Below, one piece after another: positions 49,813 through 58,949 of a DNA stretch of 64,000 nucleotides; within the stretch, counting starts at the first letter, position 1, and every line of letters begins with the position of its first letter. A program made the translations under genes and the position numbers. The stretch covers positions 6,916 to 70,915 of the forward strand of contig JAZOLM010000032.1 in the NCBI GenBank assembly GCA_045652985.1. Direction: 5' to 3'. The notes beneath the pieces were generated by a model. That model had not been told where the DNA came from, ran no database searches, and was given only the letters and a program-made list of their open reading frames with translations. The stretch comes from Alistipes sp. (GTDB lineage Bacteria; Bacteroidota; Bacteroidia; Bacteroidales; Rikenellaceae).

Positions 49813-49950
49813 TTAGTACTTGATATCTATGTCGGGCTTGCTGCCTGGAGTTCGCTTGCGCCAGAAGCGTATACGGTTAGGCGTCATGCGAAACTTACAT
49901 ATGGAGAAGCCTCCTGTAAGCAATGACCATACTCTCTTAAGCAACTTCAT
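49813..49950 (-). CDS. Putative 45-aa basic small protein
   Basis: MKLLKRVWSLLTGGFSICKFRMTPNRIRFWRKRTPGSKPDIDIKY*; 40 bp after the DPP-IV stop and before a hairpin. Confidence 0.5.
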   Translation of the reverse strand: MKLLKRVWSLLTGGFSICKFRMTPNRIRFWRKRTPGSKPDIDIKY

Positions 49951-49990
49951 ATCCTATCAATAATTTTTTTACTAATTTATAGAACATCTC

Positions 49991-52117
49991 TTAAAGGTTC
50001 TGCAATGTGTAGTCTACCATCTTCTGACGCACGTTGGCACCATCATCTGGGCGCATCGAGTGGTTCTGGTCGGGGTAGACCATCATGTCATACTGCTTGC
50101 CAGCGGCGTTGAGCGCGCGACACATCTCCATGGCGTTCTGGAAGTGTACGTTGTCGTCTGCCGTGCCGTGGATGATTAGAAGACGTGTCTTGTCGCTGAG
50201 GCGCTCTGCGTGTGTGATAGGCGAGTTATCGTCGTAGCCCGCAGGGTTCTCCTGAGGTATGCCGTTATAGATCTCGGTGTAGATGGTGTCGTAGAAGCGC
50301 CATGATGTCACAGGTGCCACGGCGATAGCCATCTTGAAGATGCCATCACCCTTGAGTGCGCAGTTGAGGGCCATGAAGCCACCGAACGACCAGCCATAGA
50401 TGCCGATACGCTCGCTGTCGATGAAGCTCTGCGTGCTGAGGTGCTTAGCGAAGGAGATCTGATCCTCCACCTCGCAGTGACCAAGATTGGCGTATGTCAC
50501 CTTCTTGAACTCCTCGCCACGGAAGCCCGTACCGCGAGCATCGCAGCACGCTACGATATAGCCGTTACGCGCCAATGTCTCCTCCCAATCGCCAGTCCAG
50601 CGGTTGGCAATCTCCTGAGAGCCAGGACCTGAGTACTGGGTGATGAGCACAGGGTACTGCTTAGAGGCATCGTATCCCTCGGGGTAGATGAGGTAGTACT
50701 GAAGCTCGTCGCCACGCTCGGTGGTGAAGGTGTAGTAGTTACGCTGGTAGGCAGGAGTATTAGTTGACTTCTCGCCATTCATAAGCGTACGCACCATCTT
50801 GCCCTTGGCGTTATATACGCCAGATGTAGGGTAGCAGTCTGTTGCCGAGTGCTCTGCAGCGAAGAACTTCATGTCCGCAGATGGGTATACTCGCCAGTAG
50901 CCCTCCGTAGAGAGGATGCACCTCTTATCCTTGCCGTTGATATTCACAGCGTATAGATGGCGCTCGATAGGAGAGTGCTCGGTTGACATATAATATATGG
51001 TGCGCATATCGGGTGTAATGCCAATGATGTCTGTTACCTCCCACTCGCCCGAGGTGATTGCGTGAAGGCGTCCCTTGTCGATTGAGTGTAGGTAGAGGTG
51101 GAACCAACCCGCTGAGGTCTCCTCGCGAACGACGAAGCGCTCGCCATCGATAAAGGTGATGCTCTCCTCGTTAGGACGCTCCACGTAACGCTCATCCTGC
51201 TCATCGTAGATAACGCGCTGTGTGCCGTCGCCCTCCACCAAGACTACCTCGAAGTGGTTCTGAAGACGGTTGACGCGGTAGTAGAAGAGATCTCCTGCAG
51301 GGGTGTAGCCGATGCGTGGGATATACTGATCCGCCTCCTCGCCTACAGGAATCTGACGTGTCTCACCGCTCTCAATGTTGTAAACATGAAGCGTTACGAT
51401 AGAGTTCTTGTCGCCAGCCTTAGGATACTTGAAGCTGTATGCCTTATTGTAGAGTGTTGCATCGAAGCGCATCATCTCGAACTCAGGCACTGCACTCTCG
51501 TCGAACTTGAGATATGCAATCTCGCGGCTATCGGGTGAGAAGACATATGCCTGTGTGAAGCCATACTCCTCCTCGTATACCCAGTCGGTAGTACCGTTGA
51601 TGATGTGGTTCCACTCGCCATCGTTGGTGATGCTATATAGCTTGTCCAAGAAGAGGTCGTAGAGGAATAGGTCGTTGTTGTACGACATGGCGAGGAACTT
51701 AGAGTCGGGCGAGAATGTCACATCGCGAATATCCTCGATACGTGCTGTCTGCTGATCTGGGCAGGTGACGTAGTATGTCGAGGTGTATGAGTGGCGATAG
51801 ATATCCTGGCGTGGCCATGTGTCGACATACATCTCATATAGGGCGAGCTCTCCGTTTGGGGACTTCTCATATGAGATGATAGGGTGGTCGGCGGTGAATA
51901 CTACCTCTCCATCGGTCACCTTGTCGTAGTCAAAGAGTACGACTTTGTTGCCGATAATCTCCATATACTTGTGTGTGCCGTCAACAGGCGTTAGGCTACC
52001 TGGTGCAACGTAGTTGTAATGCTCGGCACGCTCTCTTGCCATATCAATGTAGCTCACCTGCGCAGTCGCTGTGGCAACGATGCCCAAAAGGGCTATAAGG
52101 GTCAATAGTCTTCTCAT
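49991..52117 (-). CDS. Dipeptidyl peptidase IV (S9B)
   Basis: DWVYEEE, GWSFGG, DDNVH, NHS catalytic triad motifs; signal peptide. Confidence 0.95.
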   Translation of the reverse strand: MRRLLTLIALLGIVATATAQVSYIDMARERAEHYNYVAPGSLTPVDGTHKYMEIIGNKVVLFDYDKVTDGEVVFTADHPIISYEKSPNGELALYEMYVDTWPRQDIYRHSYTSTYYVTCPDQQTARIEDIRDVTFSPDSKFLAMSYNNDLFLYDLFLDKLYSITNDGEWNHIINGTTDWVYEEEYGFTQAYVFSPDSREIAYLKFDESAVPEFEMMRFDATLYNKAYSFKYPKAGDKNSIVTLHVYNIESGETRQIPVGEEADQYIPRIGYTPAGDLFYYRVNRLQNHFEVVLVEGDGTQRVIYDEQDERYVERPNEESITFIDGERFVVREETSAGWFHLYLHSIDKGRLHAITSGEWEVTDIIGITPDMRTIYYMSTEHSPIERHLYAVNINGKDKRCILSTEGYWRVYPSADMKFFAAEHSATDCYPTSGVYNAKGKMVRTLMNGEKSTNTPAYQRNYYTFTTERGDELQYYLIYPEGYDASKQYPVLITQYSGPGSQEIANRWTGDWEETLARNGYIVACCDARGTGFRGEEFKKVTYANLGHCEVEDQISFAKHLSTQSFIDSERIGIYGWSFGGFMALNCALKGDGIFKMAIAVAPVTSWRFYDTIYTEIYNGIPQENPAGYDDNSPITHAERLSDKTRLLIIHGTADDNVHFQNAMEMCRALNAAGKQYDMMVYPDQNHSMRPDDGANVRQKMVDYTLQNL

Positions 52118-52152
52118 AGGTTTATCGTTTCTTAGTTGTTTGTCGTCAATAA

Positions 52153-52833
52153 TTAAATGTCGTCAATCGAAAAGTCGTAGCTTAGGCGCTTGCCCGTGGT
52201 GAATTTCGAGTTGTCGAGCTTCGAGTTGAACTGGTCAACCGTAACACGAATATTCTCCTCATAGGGAGGCATCAGTAGGTCGAAGTTCAGGGCGTAGTTG
52301 ATGGCGGTCTCGATGATGGATACGAGTGCCTCGTAGTCTATCTTACGGCTGCCAAATGCCATTGGACGCACCAACGTTTGGCGCTTGCCCTCCACCCAGA
52401 AGCACTTCTCGCGGTTGATGAAGATGCGACCAATGAGGTAGCCCTCATCGGCATTACGATTGTACTTCAGTGAGTCGGATAGGAAGTTGTAAATGTTGAT
52501 AACGCCGCAGTAGGAGTTATCCTTCGACTGCTGCACGTAGTTGTTCTGCCAGATGATGTGGTTAGAGTCGAACTCAAAGACATCGGTATGCATCTGGAAG
52601 AGGAGGATGTCGCTTGCCACCTGCAACTGCGCCTCGAACTTACCGCGATCGCGGTACTCGATACGCACACGGCGGTCGAGTTTGCCATCGAGCTCATCGT
52701 CTATCTCCGACGCCATCTCGAAGAGTGTCTCCTTGAGGTCGTTGAAGGTAGAGAATGTGTTGTCAAAAATCTGTTGTTTGAGAGTGGACTTCTTGACAAT
52801 AGAGTCCAGTATCTTCTCGCGTAATGTGCCCAT
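52153..52833 (-). CDS. Hypothetical protein
   Basis: Long ORF with native codon usage, co-oriented within an operon; no motif recognised. Confidence 0.8.
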   Translation of the reverse strand: MGTLREKILDSIVKKSTLKQQIFDNTFSTFNDLKETLFEMASEIDDELDGKLDRRVRIEYRDRGKFEAQLQVASDILLFQMHTDVFEFDSNHIIWQNNYVQQSKDNSYCGVINIYNFLSDSLKYNRNADEGYLIGRIFINREKCFWVEGKRQTLVRPMAFGSRKIDYEALVSIIETAINYALNFDLLMPPYEENIRVTVDQFNSKLDNSKFTTGKRLSYDFSIDDI

Positions 52834-52859
52834 ATATGGTTATTATAATATTTATTTCT

Positions 52860-53990
52860 TTATCGTAGGCGTACTGTCTGACCGACGTTGAGTGGGTCGT
52901 TAGGACGTATGCGGTTCATCTTTGATAGCTGGTTGAGGCGTATTCCATATATCTGCGATAGCATATGCAGGGTCTCGCCCTCGGTCACCTTGTGCAGAAG
53001 GTCGCCTCCCTGCCAGCGTGCAGACTTACGCTCAACATATACTAAATCGCCACTCCTTAAGACCTGCTTGCCATCAACATCGTTGTAGCGGCGTAGCATC
53101 GTCTCCGAGATCTCGAATAGCTTGGCTATTGAGGCGTATGTATCGCCACTCTTGGCAACAATATAGTGTGTGCCGTTGGTGAAGTATACGCTGTAGCCAT
53201 AGTGTGAGTTGATGGTTATTCGGTATGAGTTGGGGTCGATGCCATTATCGGCATATGCCTTTGTCATGCGGTCGTGAAGGCTCTCCGACGCTGTTGTGGC
53301 TTTCGTTGCACCCTGCTCTGCGCCCTTCTCAGCATCCTCTGATATCTTGTTGATGGTTATTGGATCTATGCCATAGGTCGCTGCTAAATGGTCGTTATAG
53401 CGCTGCAGACCATCCTCCTCGTCGAGTAGATAGATGAATGTCTCCTCGATTACTCCAATGAGCTTCTCGGCATACTGTGGGTCTGTAGCATAGCCCGCCT
53501 CCTTAAGACCCTTTGCCCAACTCTTATAGTCGGTAATCTCGTATGCGAAGAGAGGGTCGTACCATGGACGAGAGCTCAAAAACTCAGCATGGTCGATGTA
53601 TGACTCCTCGACGCTCTCGTAGACGCGGAAGCAGTCATCAGGAAGGTCGTCTCTCCATATGCGTGTTGCGCCCGTCCACTCGCTCTTGCACTTTATGCCG
53701 AAGTGGTTGTTGGTGAGGATGGCCAAAGAGCCGTTGCCATATCCCGACTCGAGGATCGCCTGTCCCAATGTTATGCTGGCAGGGATGCCATACATTTCGC
53801 GATTCTCAATAGCTTGGTTACACCACTTGTGTATATACTCTTGTCGGGTGATCTTCACATGGTTGTCGATGAGCTCCTGCTCCTCCGCGGTGATGGTTGT
53901 TGGGCTCTGGGCATGGGTACTTAGATGCGAAAATGTTAGCATAAAAGTGAGAAATAATGACCCAAATGTTGTAATGCCGATATTTTTCAT
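52860..53990 (-). CDS. GH73 glucosaminidase with two LysM domains
   Basis: GIPASITLGQAILES, NNHFGIKC, GYATDP; C-terminal LysM repeats. Confidence 0.93.
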   Translation of the reverse strand: MKNIGITTFGSLFLTFMLTFSHLSTHAQSPTTITAEEQELIDNHVKITRQEYIHKWCNQAIENREMYGIPASITLGQAILESGYGNGSLAILTNNHFGIKCKSEWTGATRIWRDDLPDDCFRVYESVEESYIDHAEFLSSRPWYDPLFAYEITDYKSWAKGLKEAGYATDPQYAEKLIGVIEETFIYLLDEEDGLQRYNDHLAATYGIDPITINKISEDAEKGAEQGATKATTASESLHDRMTKAYADNGIDPNSYRITINSHYGYSVYFTNGTHYIVAKSGDTYASIAKLFEISETMLRRYNDVDGKQVLRSGDLVYVERKSARWQGGDLLHKVTEGETLHMLSQIYGIRLNQLSKMNRIRPNDPLNVGQTVRLR

Positions 53991-54082
53991 TATATTTGTG
54001 TATTATTTTGCGCGTTATTGAGGTTATAAACCTCTGCAAAGATAATATTTTATACGGACATAACCAACAAAAAACTACTACG

Positions 54083-54688
54083 ATGTTTACAGAAAATGCA
54101 AACACCATCTTTATCCGTTCGATTGAAGATTACCACAAATGGGATAATGTTGACCAGCCAATGGTAAACCCATATGAGGCGGGTTCGTTGGATGCCCTCC
54201 TCTACGAGAAGAATTGGGTAGATGCAGTGCAGTGGCATCTCGAGGATATCATCCGTGATCCACAGATCGACCCTGTCAAGGCACTTGAGATTAAGCGTCG
54301 CATCGACCGCTCTAACCAGGTGCGTACCGACATGGTTGAGTACATCGATTCATATATGCTCGATAAGTACAAGGAGGTGAAGCCTCTTGCCGATGCTCGT
54401 CTTAATACCGAGACTCCTGCATGGGCTATCGATAGACTCTCAATCCTTGCGCTCAAGATCTACCATATGCACTCGGAGGTTGTGCGTACGGATGTTGATG
54501 AGGCGCACCGTGAGGCTTGTCAGAAGAGGCTCGACGTGCTTCTTCAGCAGCGTGTGGATCTCTCAACGGCCATTGAGGAGCTAATCGAGGATATTGAGGC
54601 AGGTCGTAAGTATATGAAGACATACAAGCAGATGAAGATGTACAACGACCCTTCACTCAACCCTGTACTCTATGGAAATAAAAAGTAA
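54083..54688 (+). CDS. DUF4254-family protein
   Basis: WHLEDIIRD, KRRIDRSNQ, ETPAWAIDRLSIL, KMYNDP; start MFTEN at 54083. Confidence 0.9.
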   Translation: MFTENANTIFIRSIEDYHKWDNVDQPMVNPYEAGSLDALLYEKNWVDAVQWHLEDIIRDPQIDPVKALEIKRRIDRSNQVRTDMVEYIDSYMLDKYKEVKPLADARLNTETPAWAIDRLSILALKIYHMHSEVVRTDVDEAHREACQKRLDVLLQQRVDLSTAIEELIEDIEAGRKYMKTYKQMKMYNDPSLNPVLYGNKK

Positions 54689-55703
54689 GAAACATAAGTA
54701 TAATCATCTTCTTTTAATCCGTTTTTCGGCGCTTGGCGATGTTGCGATGTTGCCTCACGCTGTGCGTGCGTTAAAGGCTGAGTACCCCGATGTTAGGGTT
54801 ACAATCCTCACGCGTGAGTTTTTAGCTCCGCTCTTCGATGGCTTGGATGTAGACTTCCTATTTGTCGATTTCGAAGGCAAGCATAAGGGCATGGCAGGAT
54901 TGTGGCGCTTAGCGGGTGAGGTCAAGCAGCTTGGCGTAGATGCTATCGCTGATATGCACGGCGTACACCGCTCGCGCATACTGCGTCGTATGTGCTTCAT
55001 GCGTGCGCTGATTCCGAATAGCGGTATCCACAAGGGACGCATCGAGAAGTGGTTCCGCATGGGCTATAGCCGCCATAGTGCAGTGCCACTAAAGCATACC
55101 GTATTGCGCTATTGTGGTGTCTTGCGTCGTTTGGGCTTTACCTTCCCAGCCCCTAAGCCAGCCCCTAAGCCTCGCTTGAATAACCCTATGGGTGAGAAGC
55201 AGGGTACGTGGGTAGGCTTCGCGCCCTTCTCTGCGCATAAGGGCAAGACCTATCCCGAGGATATGAGCGAGGAGCTTATCGCGATGATGTCTCAGCGCTA
55301 CGATAGGGTATTTATCCATAGCGGCGGTGGCAGTGAGGCTGCCTTTGCTGAGCGTATGGAGGCTAAGTATAAGAATGTCACGGCGCTTTGGTCGCGTCTT
55401 AGGTTAGCTGAGGAGCGTGATCTCATCTCGCACCTCGACTGCGTGGTTACCATGGACTCGTTTGTTATGCACATAGCCTCACTCGTCGCTACTCCAACGG
55501 TCTCTATTTGGGGCGCTACGCACCCTGAGCTTGGATATAAGGGCTATGGTAGTAGCGATATTGGCGTTCTGCAGGAGGAGATGCCATGCCGCCCATGTTC
55601 GGTATATGGTAAGAAGCCTTGCAAGACGGGCACATACAAATGTCTTCGTGCCATCACACCAGAGATGGTAGTTGCTAAGGTTGACGAGATATTGGGTAAA
55701 TAG
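54672..55703 (+). CDS. Glycosyltransferase family 9 (heptosyltransferase-like)
   Basis: RFSALGDV, MDSFVMHIA, WGATHP, CRPCS. Confidence 0.93.
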   Translation: MEIKSKKHKYNHLLLIRFSALGDVAMLPHAVRALKAEYPDVRVTILTREFLAPLFDGLDVDFLFVDFEGKHKGMAGLWRLAGEVKQLGVDAIADMHGVHRSRILRRMCFMRALIPNSGIHKGRIEKWFRMGYSRHSAVPLKHTVLRYCGVLRRLGFTFPAPKPAPKPRLNNPMGEKQGTWVGFAPFSAHKGKTYPEDMSEELIAMMSQRYDRVFIHSGGGSEAAFAERMEAKYKNVTALWSRLRLAEERDLISHLDCVVTMDSFVMHIASLVATPTVSIWGATHPELGYKGYGSSDIGVLQEEMPCRPCSVYGKKPCKTGTYKCLRAITPEMVVAKVDEILGK

Positions 55704-55729
55704 ACCACTTTGCACATAATATAAAATAG

Positions 55730-55963
55730 GAAACTGTCTAACAAGGCTACTTTGTCGTTACGCTTGCCTCGAAAATCCTCATTTACGCCTAGTAAACTGC
55801 GGTTTTCGAGCCTACGCAGCGTTGCGATTAAGGCGAGAACAGAAATATGTTTACATGTTTTAGTCGAGCCGAAGCAACGAAAAGGAACTTAAGCCTAAAA
55901 TTAGCTCTTGTTATACAACTTCTGACAAAACAGGGGTGTCCACAAAACTTGTTGGACACCCCC
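55730..55963 (+). mobile_element. MITE-like structured repeat plus conserved hairpin
   Basis: Imperfect TIRs GAAACTGTCTAACAA / TTGTTATACAACTTC (ends 55922); internal TCCTCATTTAC..GTAAACTGCGG hairpin; same downstream hairpin as at 39431. Confidence 0.75.
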
Positions 55964-55986
55964 TTGTTGTTGTGTAGGTCGATGCT

Positions 55987-56559
55987 TTACTTCGCCTCGT
56001 TAATAACCTTGCAAAGACGCTCGAAGACCTCATCCATGGTGCCAAGACCATTTACCTCCGAGTATTTGTTCTGCTTGGTGTAGTGGTCGGCAACGATGGC
56101 TGTCTGCGCGCGATATACCTCAATGCGGTTGCGGATGACAGCCTCCGAAGCATGGTCGGCTCGTCCCGAGTCCTTGCCACGAAGCAAGATGCGTCTTACG
56201 AGCTCCTCTTCAGGTACATCCATATAGATCATAACATCCACCTTTGAGTTGATCTCAGCAAGAAGAGTGTCGAAGATCTCGGCCTGTGCTGTGGTGCGTG
56301 GGAAGCCGTCGAAGATACAACCCTTGTCGCTGTGCGTACGCATGTAGTCGCGAACCATCTCGACAACGATAGCATCGGGAGCAAGCTCACCGCGAGAGAT
56401 ATAACCCTCCATACTCTTACCAAGCTCGGTGCCACGAGCAATCTCCGAACGAATAACCTCGCCCGTAGAGATGTGGTAGAGGTCGAAGTGCTCGGCAAGG
56501 CGTGCTGCCTGTGTGCCCTTGCCGCAGCCTGGTGCTCCAAATAGAATGATATTAAGCAT
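55987..56559 (-). CDS. adk: Adenylate kinase (short LID type)
   Basis: GAPGCGKGT, HISTG, FDGFPRT; start MLNII at 56559. Confidence 0.96.
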   Translation of the reverse strand: MLNIILFGAPGCGKGTQAARLAEHFDLYHISTGEVIRSEIARGTELGKSMEGYISRGELAPDAIVVEMVRDYMRTHSDKGCIFDGFPRTTAQAEIFDTLLAEINSKVDVMIYMDVPEEELVRRILLRGKDSGRADHASEAVIRNRIEVYRAQTAIVADHYTKQNKYSEVNGLGTMDEVFERLCKVINEAK

Positions 56560-56687
56560 ATCTAAGTTTTTGGTTAATGTTTTAGTTATAGTGGGAAGTG
56601 CTATCCCTAAAAAAAAATTTCCCACAAAGGTATGTTTTTTTTTGCAACTTTCCAATCTTGAACGTACTTTTGCAAAAAATTATTTGC

Positions 56688-57716
56688 ATGAAAACGACAA
56701 AGAGTACAGAGATTGCCTCATTGGGCGAGTTCGGACTTATAGAGCGCCTTGCTCAGCGCCTCGGCAAGCGTAACGATACAACGCTTATGGCAGCGGGCGA
56801 TGATGCCGCTGTTATAGACCTCGGCGATGAGGTTATGCTCCTCACCACAGATATGATGACCGAGGGCATAGACTTCGACCTTAGCTACTTTCCACTAAAG
56901 CACCTCGGCTACAAGGCTGTTGTCCGCTGCATAAACGACATCCTCGCCATGAACGGCACACCCCAGCAGGTGGTGGTGGCACTCGGCATATCATCGAAGA
57001 TCTCTGTCGAGGCACTCGATGCCCTCTATGAGGGTATGGAGGTGGCAGCCAAGGAGTATGACGTCGACATCGTCGGTGGCGATACCACAGCATCGATGAA
57101 TGGTCTTATCATCACCCTCTCGGGCGTAGGACGTGCTAAGAAGAGCGAGGTGGTCTACCGCGCAGGAGCTAAGGAGCACGACCTGATATGCATTACCTCA
57201 AACCTCGGTGCTGCCTATATGGGTCTTCACCTGTTGGAGCGCGAGAAGCGCGTATTGAAGGATGTCGAAAATCCCGAGCCTAAGTTCGCAGGCTATGAGT
57301 ATCTCTTGGAGCGCTACCTCAAGCCTCGTGCACGCGTAAATGTCCTCAAGGCGTTGAGGGAGGAGGGCATTGAGCCAACATCGATGATCGACCTTTCGGA
57401 TGGTCTTGCCTCGGACCTTAGGCAGATATGCCGCTCCTCGAAATGTGGCGCGCGCATCTATCTCGAGCGTATTCCTATTGCTCGCCAGACATCCGACCTT
57501 GCCGAGGAGATGCACATAGATCCTGTTATCGCAGCCCTCAATGGTGGTGAGGACCACGAACTCCTCTTCACCGTGCCTCTAGAGATGCGCGAGAAGATAG
57601 GTGCCCTTGGCCTTGTTGACATCATCGGACATATCACACGCGAGGAGGCGGGTGTCATCCTTGTTACCCCTGACGGAGAGGGTATTGCCCTCAAAGCACA
57701 AGCCTTCGACAGATAA
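56688..57716 (+). CDS. thiL: Thiamine-monophosphate kinase
   Basis: GEFGLI, GDDAA, GGDT, DLSDGL, GGEDHEL. Confidence 0.95.
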   Translation: MKTTKSTEIASLGEFGLIERLAQRLGKRNDTTLMAAGDDAAVIDLGDEVMLLTTDMMTEGIDFDLSYFPLKHLGYKAVVRCINDILAMNGTPQQVVVALGISSKISVEALDALYEGMEVAAKEYDVDIVGGDTTASMNGLIITLSGVGRAKKSEVVYRAGAKEHDLICITSNLGAAYMGLHLLEREKRVLKDVENPEPKFAGYEYLLERYLKPRARVNVLKALREEGIEPTSMIDLSDGLASDLRQICRSSKCGARIYLERIPIARQTSDLAEEMHIDPVIAALNGGEDHELLFTVPLEMREKIGALGLVDIIGHITREEAGVILVTPDGEGIALKAQAFDR

Positions 57717-57975
57717 TTTGTTGTGATAGCGGCGCTACTGCGACGCTTCAGTCAAAAGCCCGAATGGGAAATACGCTTAGTATATCCCATCCGGGCTTTC
57801 TCCTGTCATCGCCACATTAGCACCACTCTGACAACAAATTCCCTCTTGCTAATCTGTGTTGTGATAAGGGGTCATCCTCGACCTCTCAATCATTGGGCTG
57901 AATAGGAAATACGTTTAGTATGTCCTATCCAGCCCAATTTCATGTCGAGGCCAAGCCTAACCCCTTCTGACAAGA
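57715..57975. repeat. Two tandem diverged structured repeats
   Basis: Units 57715-57840 and about 57859-57973 share TTGTGATA...GAATRGGAAATACGYTTAGTAT.TCCYATCC...TCTGACAA. Confidence 0.7.
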
Positions 57976-58065
57976 AATTAGGTCGTGGTGCTTATGAACG
58001 TAAATCCACTACCGTCTATAAATAAATTAGGTCGTGGTGCTCCCGAAAGGTTATTCAATAGAAGC

Positions 58066-58155
58066 TAAGGAGTTTAGTGAACTTAGAGAAATTAGTGAAT
58101 TTAGCTCAGTTAACTTAATCTCCTTAAATTCCCTAACTTCCTTAAATTCCCTAAC
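58066..58155. repeat. Inverted pair of 9-bp tandem repeat tracts
   Basis: TAAGGAGTT TAGTGAACT TAGAGAAAT TAGTGAATT versus CTTAATCTC CTTAAATTC CCTAACTTC CTTAAATTC. Confidence 0.75.
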
Positions 58156-58174
58156 TAATAACCTTTCAGCTCCT

Positions 58175-58936
58175 CTACTTCTTCACTTTCGTGCGCATCT
58201 TCATCACACCATCAATAAAGCACAATGGGTGTGTCGGTGCGCCAGGTAGCCAAAGGTCTACATGATACTTATCCAAGAACGTGCGATCTATCGCAGGGCT
58301 ATCGGCATACAAGCCGCCCGAGATAGCCTCCGAGCCGCAGACAATCAATACCTTAGGCTCAGGGATGGCGTGGTAGCATATGTCGAGTGCCTCAGCCATA
58401 TTCTGGCTAATAGGACCTGTGAGCACAAGACCGTCGGCATGGCGTGGTGAGGCGGTGAAGCCTACGCCATAGCGTCCGAAGTCGAAGTTTACGTTGCCCG
58501 TAGCGCCGAGCTCCATCTCGATAGAGGCGTCGCCACCTGCCGATACCTCGCGAAGCTGAAGCGCAAGACCGAAGAACTTCGAAAGTTCTGGGCGTAGTGC
58601 CGAGTAGTCGAACTTTGGCGCTGTGTCGCCGACCTTGACGATAAGGTCCTCGCGGCGTGTGGCTGCAAGGCGGTGCTCGTTGGTGAACTTAATGCTCTTG
58701 GGTGCGCACTTCTGGCACTCGCCGCAGAAGAGACACTTACCCATGTCGAGGGTCAGTGGCTCGGTGGTGATAGCCTGTGTGGGGCATATCTTAGCGGCGC
58801 GCTCAAGGGCGGTCTTATCGTCCGAGTCACTAAGTATGGGGAAGCCGCGGAACTCCTCGGTGAGGGTTACGCTATTCAAATCGGGAATATACTGCCAGCC
58901 GTGGCTGCGAAGTATCTTAGCTTTTCCAAAAATCAT
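58175..58936 (-). CDS. Ehr small subunit (ferredoxin-like domain fused to NuoB/HyfI-like domain)
   Basis: CLFCGEC, SPRHADG, TGP, PEPK; start MIFGK at 58936. Confidence 0.88.
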   Translation of the reverse strand: MIFGKAKILRSHGWQYIPDLNSVTLTEEFRGFPILSDSDDKTALERAAKICPTQAITTEPLTLDMGKCLFCGECQKCAPKSIKFTNEHRLAATRREDLIVKVGDTAPKFDYSALRPELSKFFGLALQLREVSAGGDASIEMELGATGNVNFDFGRYGVGFTASPRHADGLVLTGPISQNMAEALDICYHAIPEPKVLIVCGSEAISGGLYADSPAIDRTFLDKYHVDLWLPGAPTHPLCFIDGVMKMRTKVKK

Positions 58937-58949
58937 AGTCTGAAATCTA

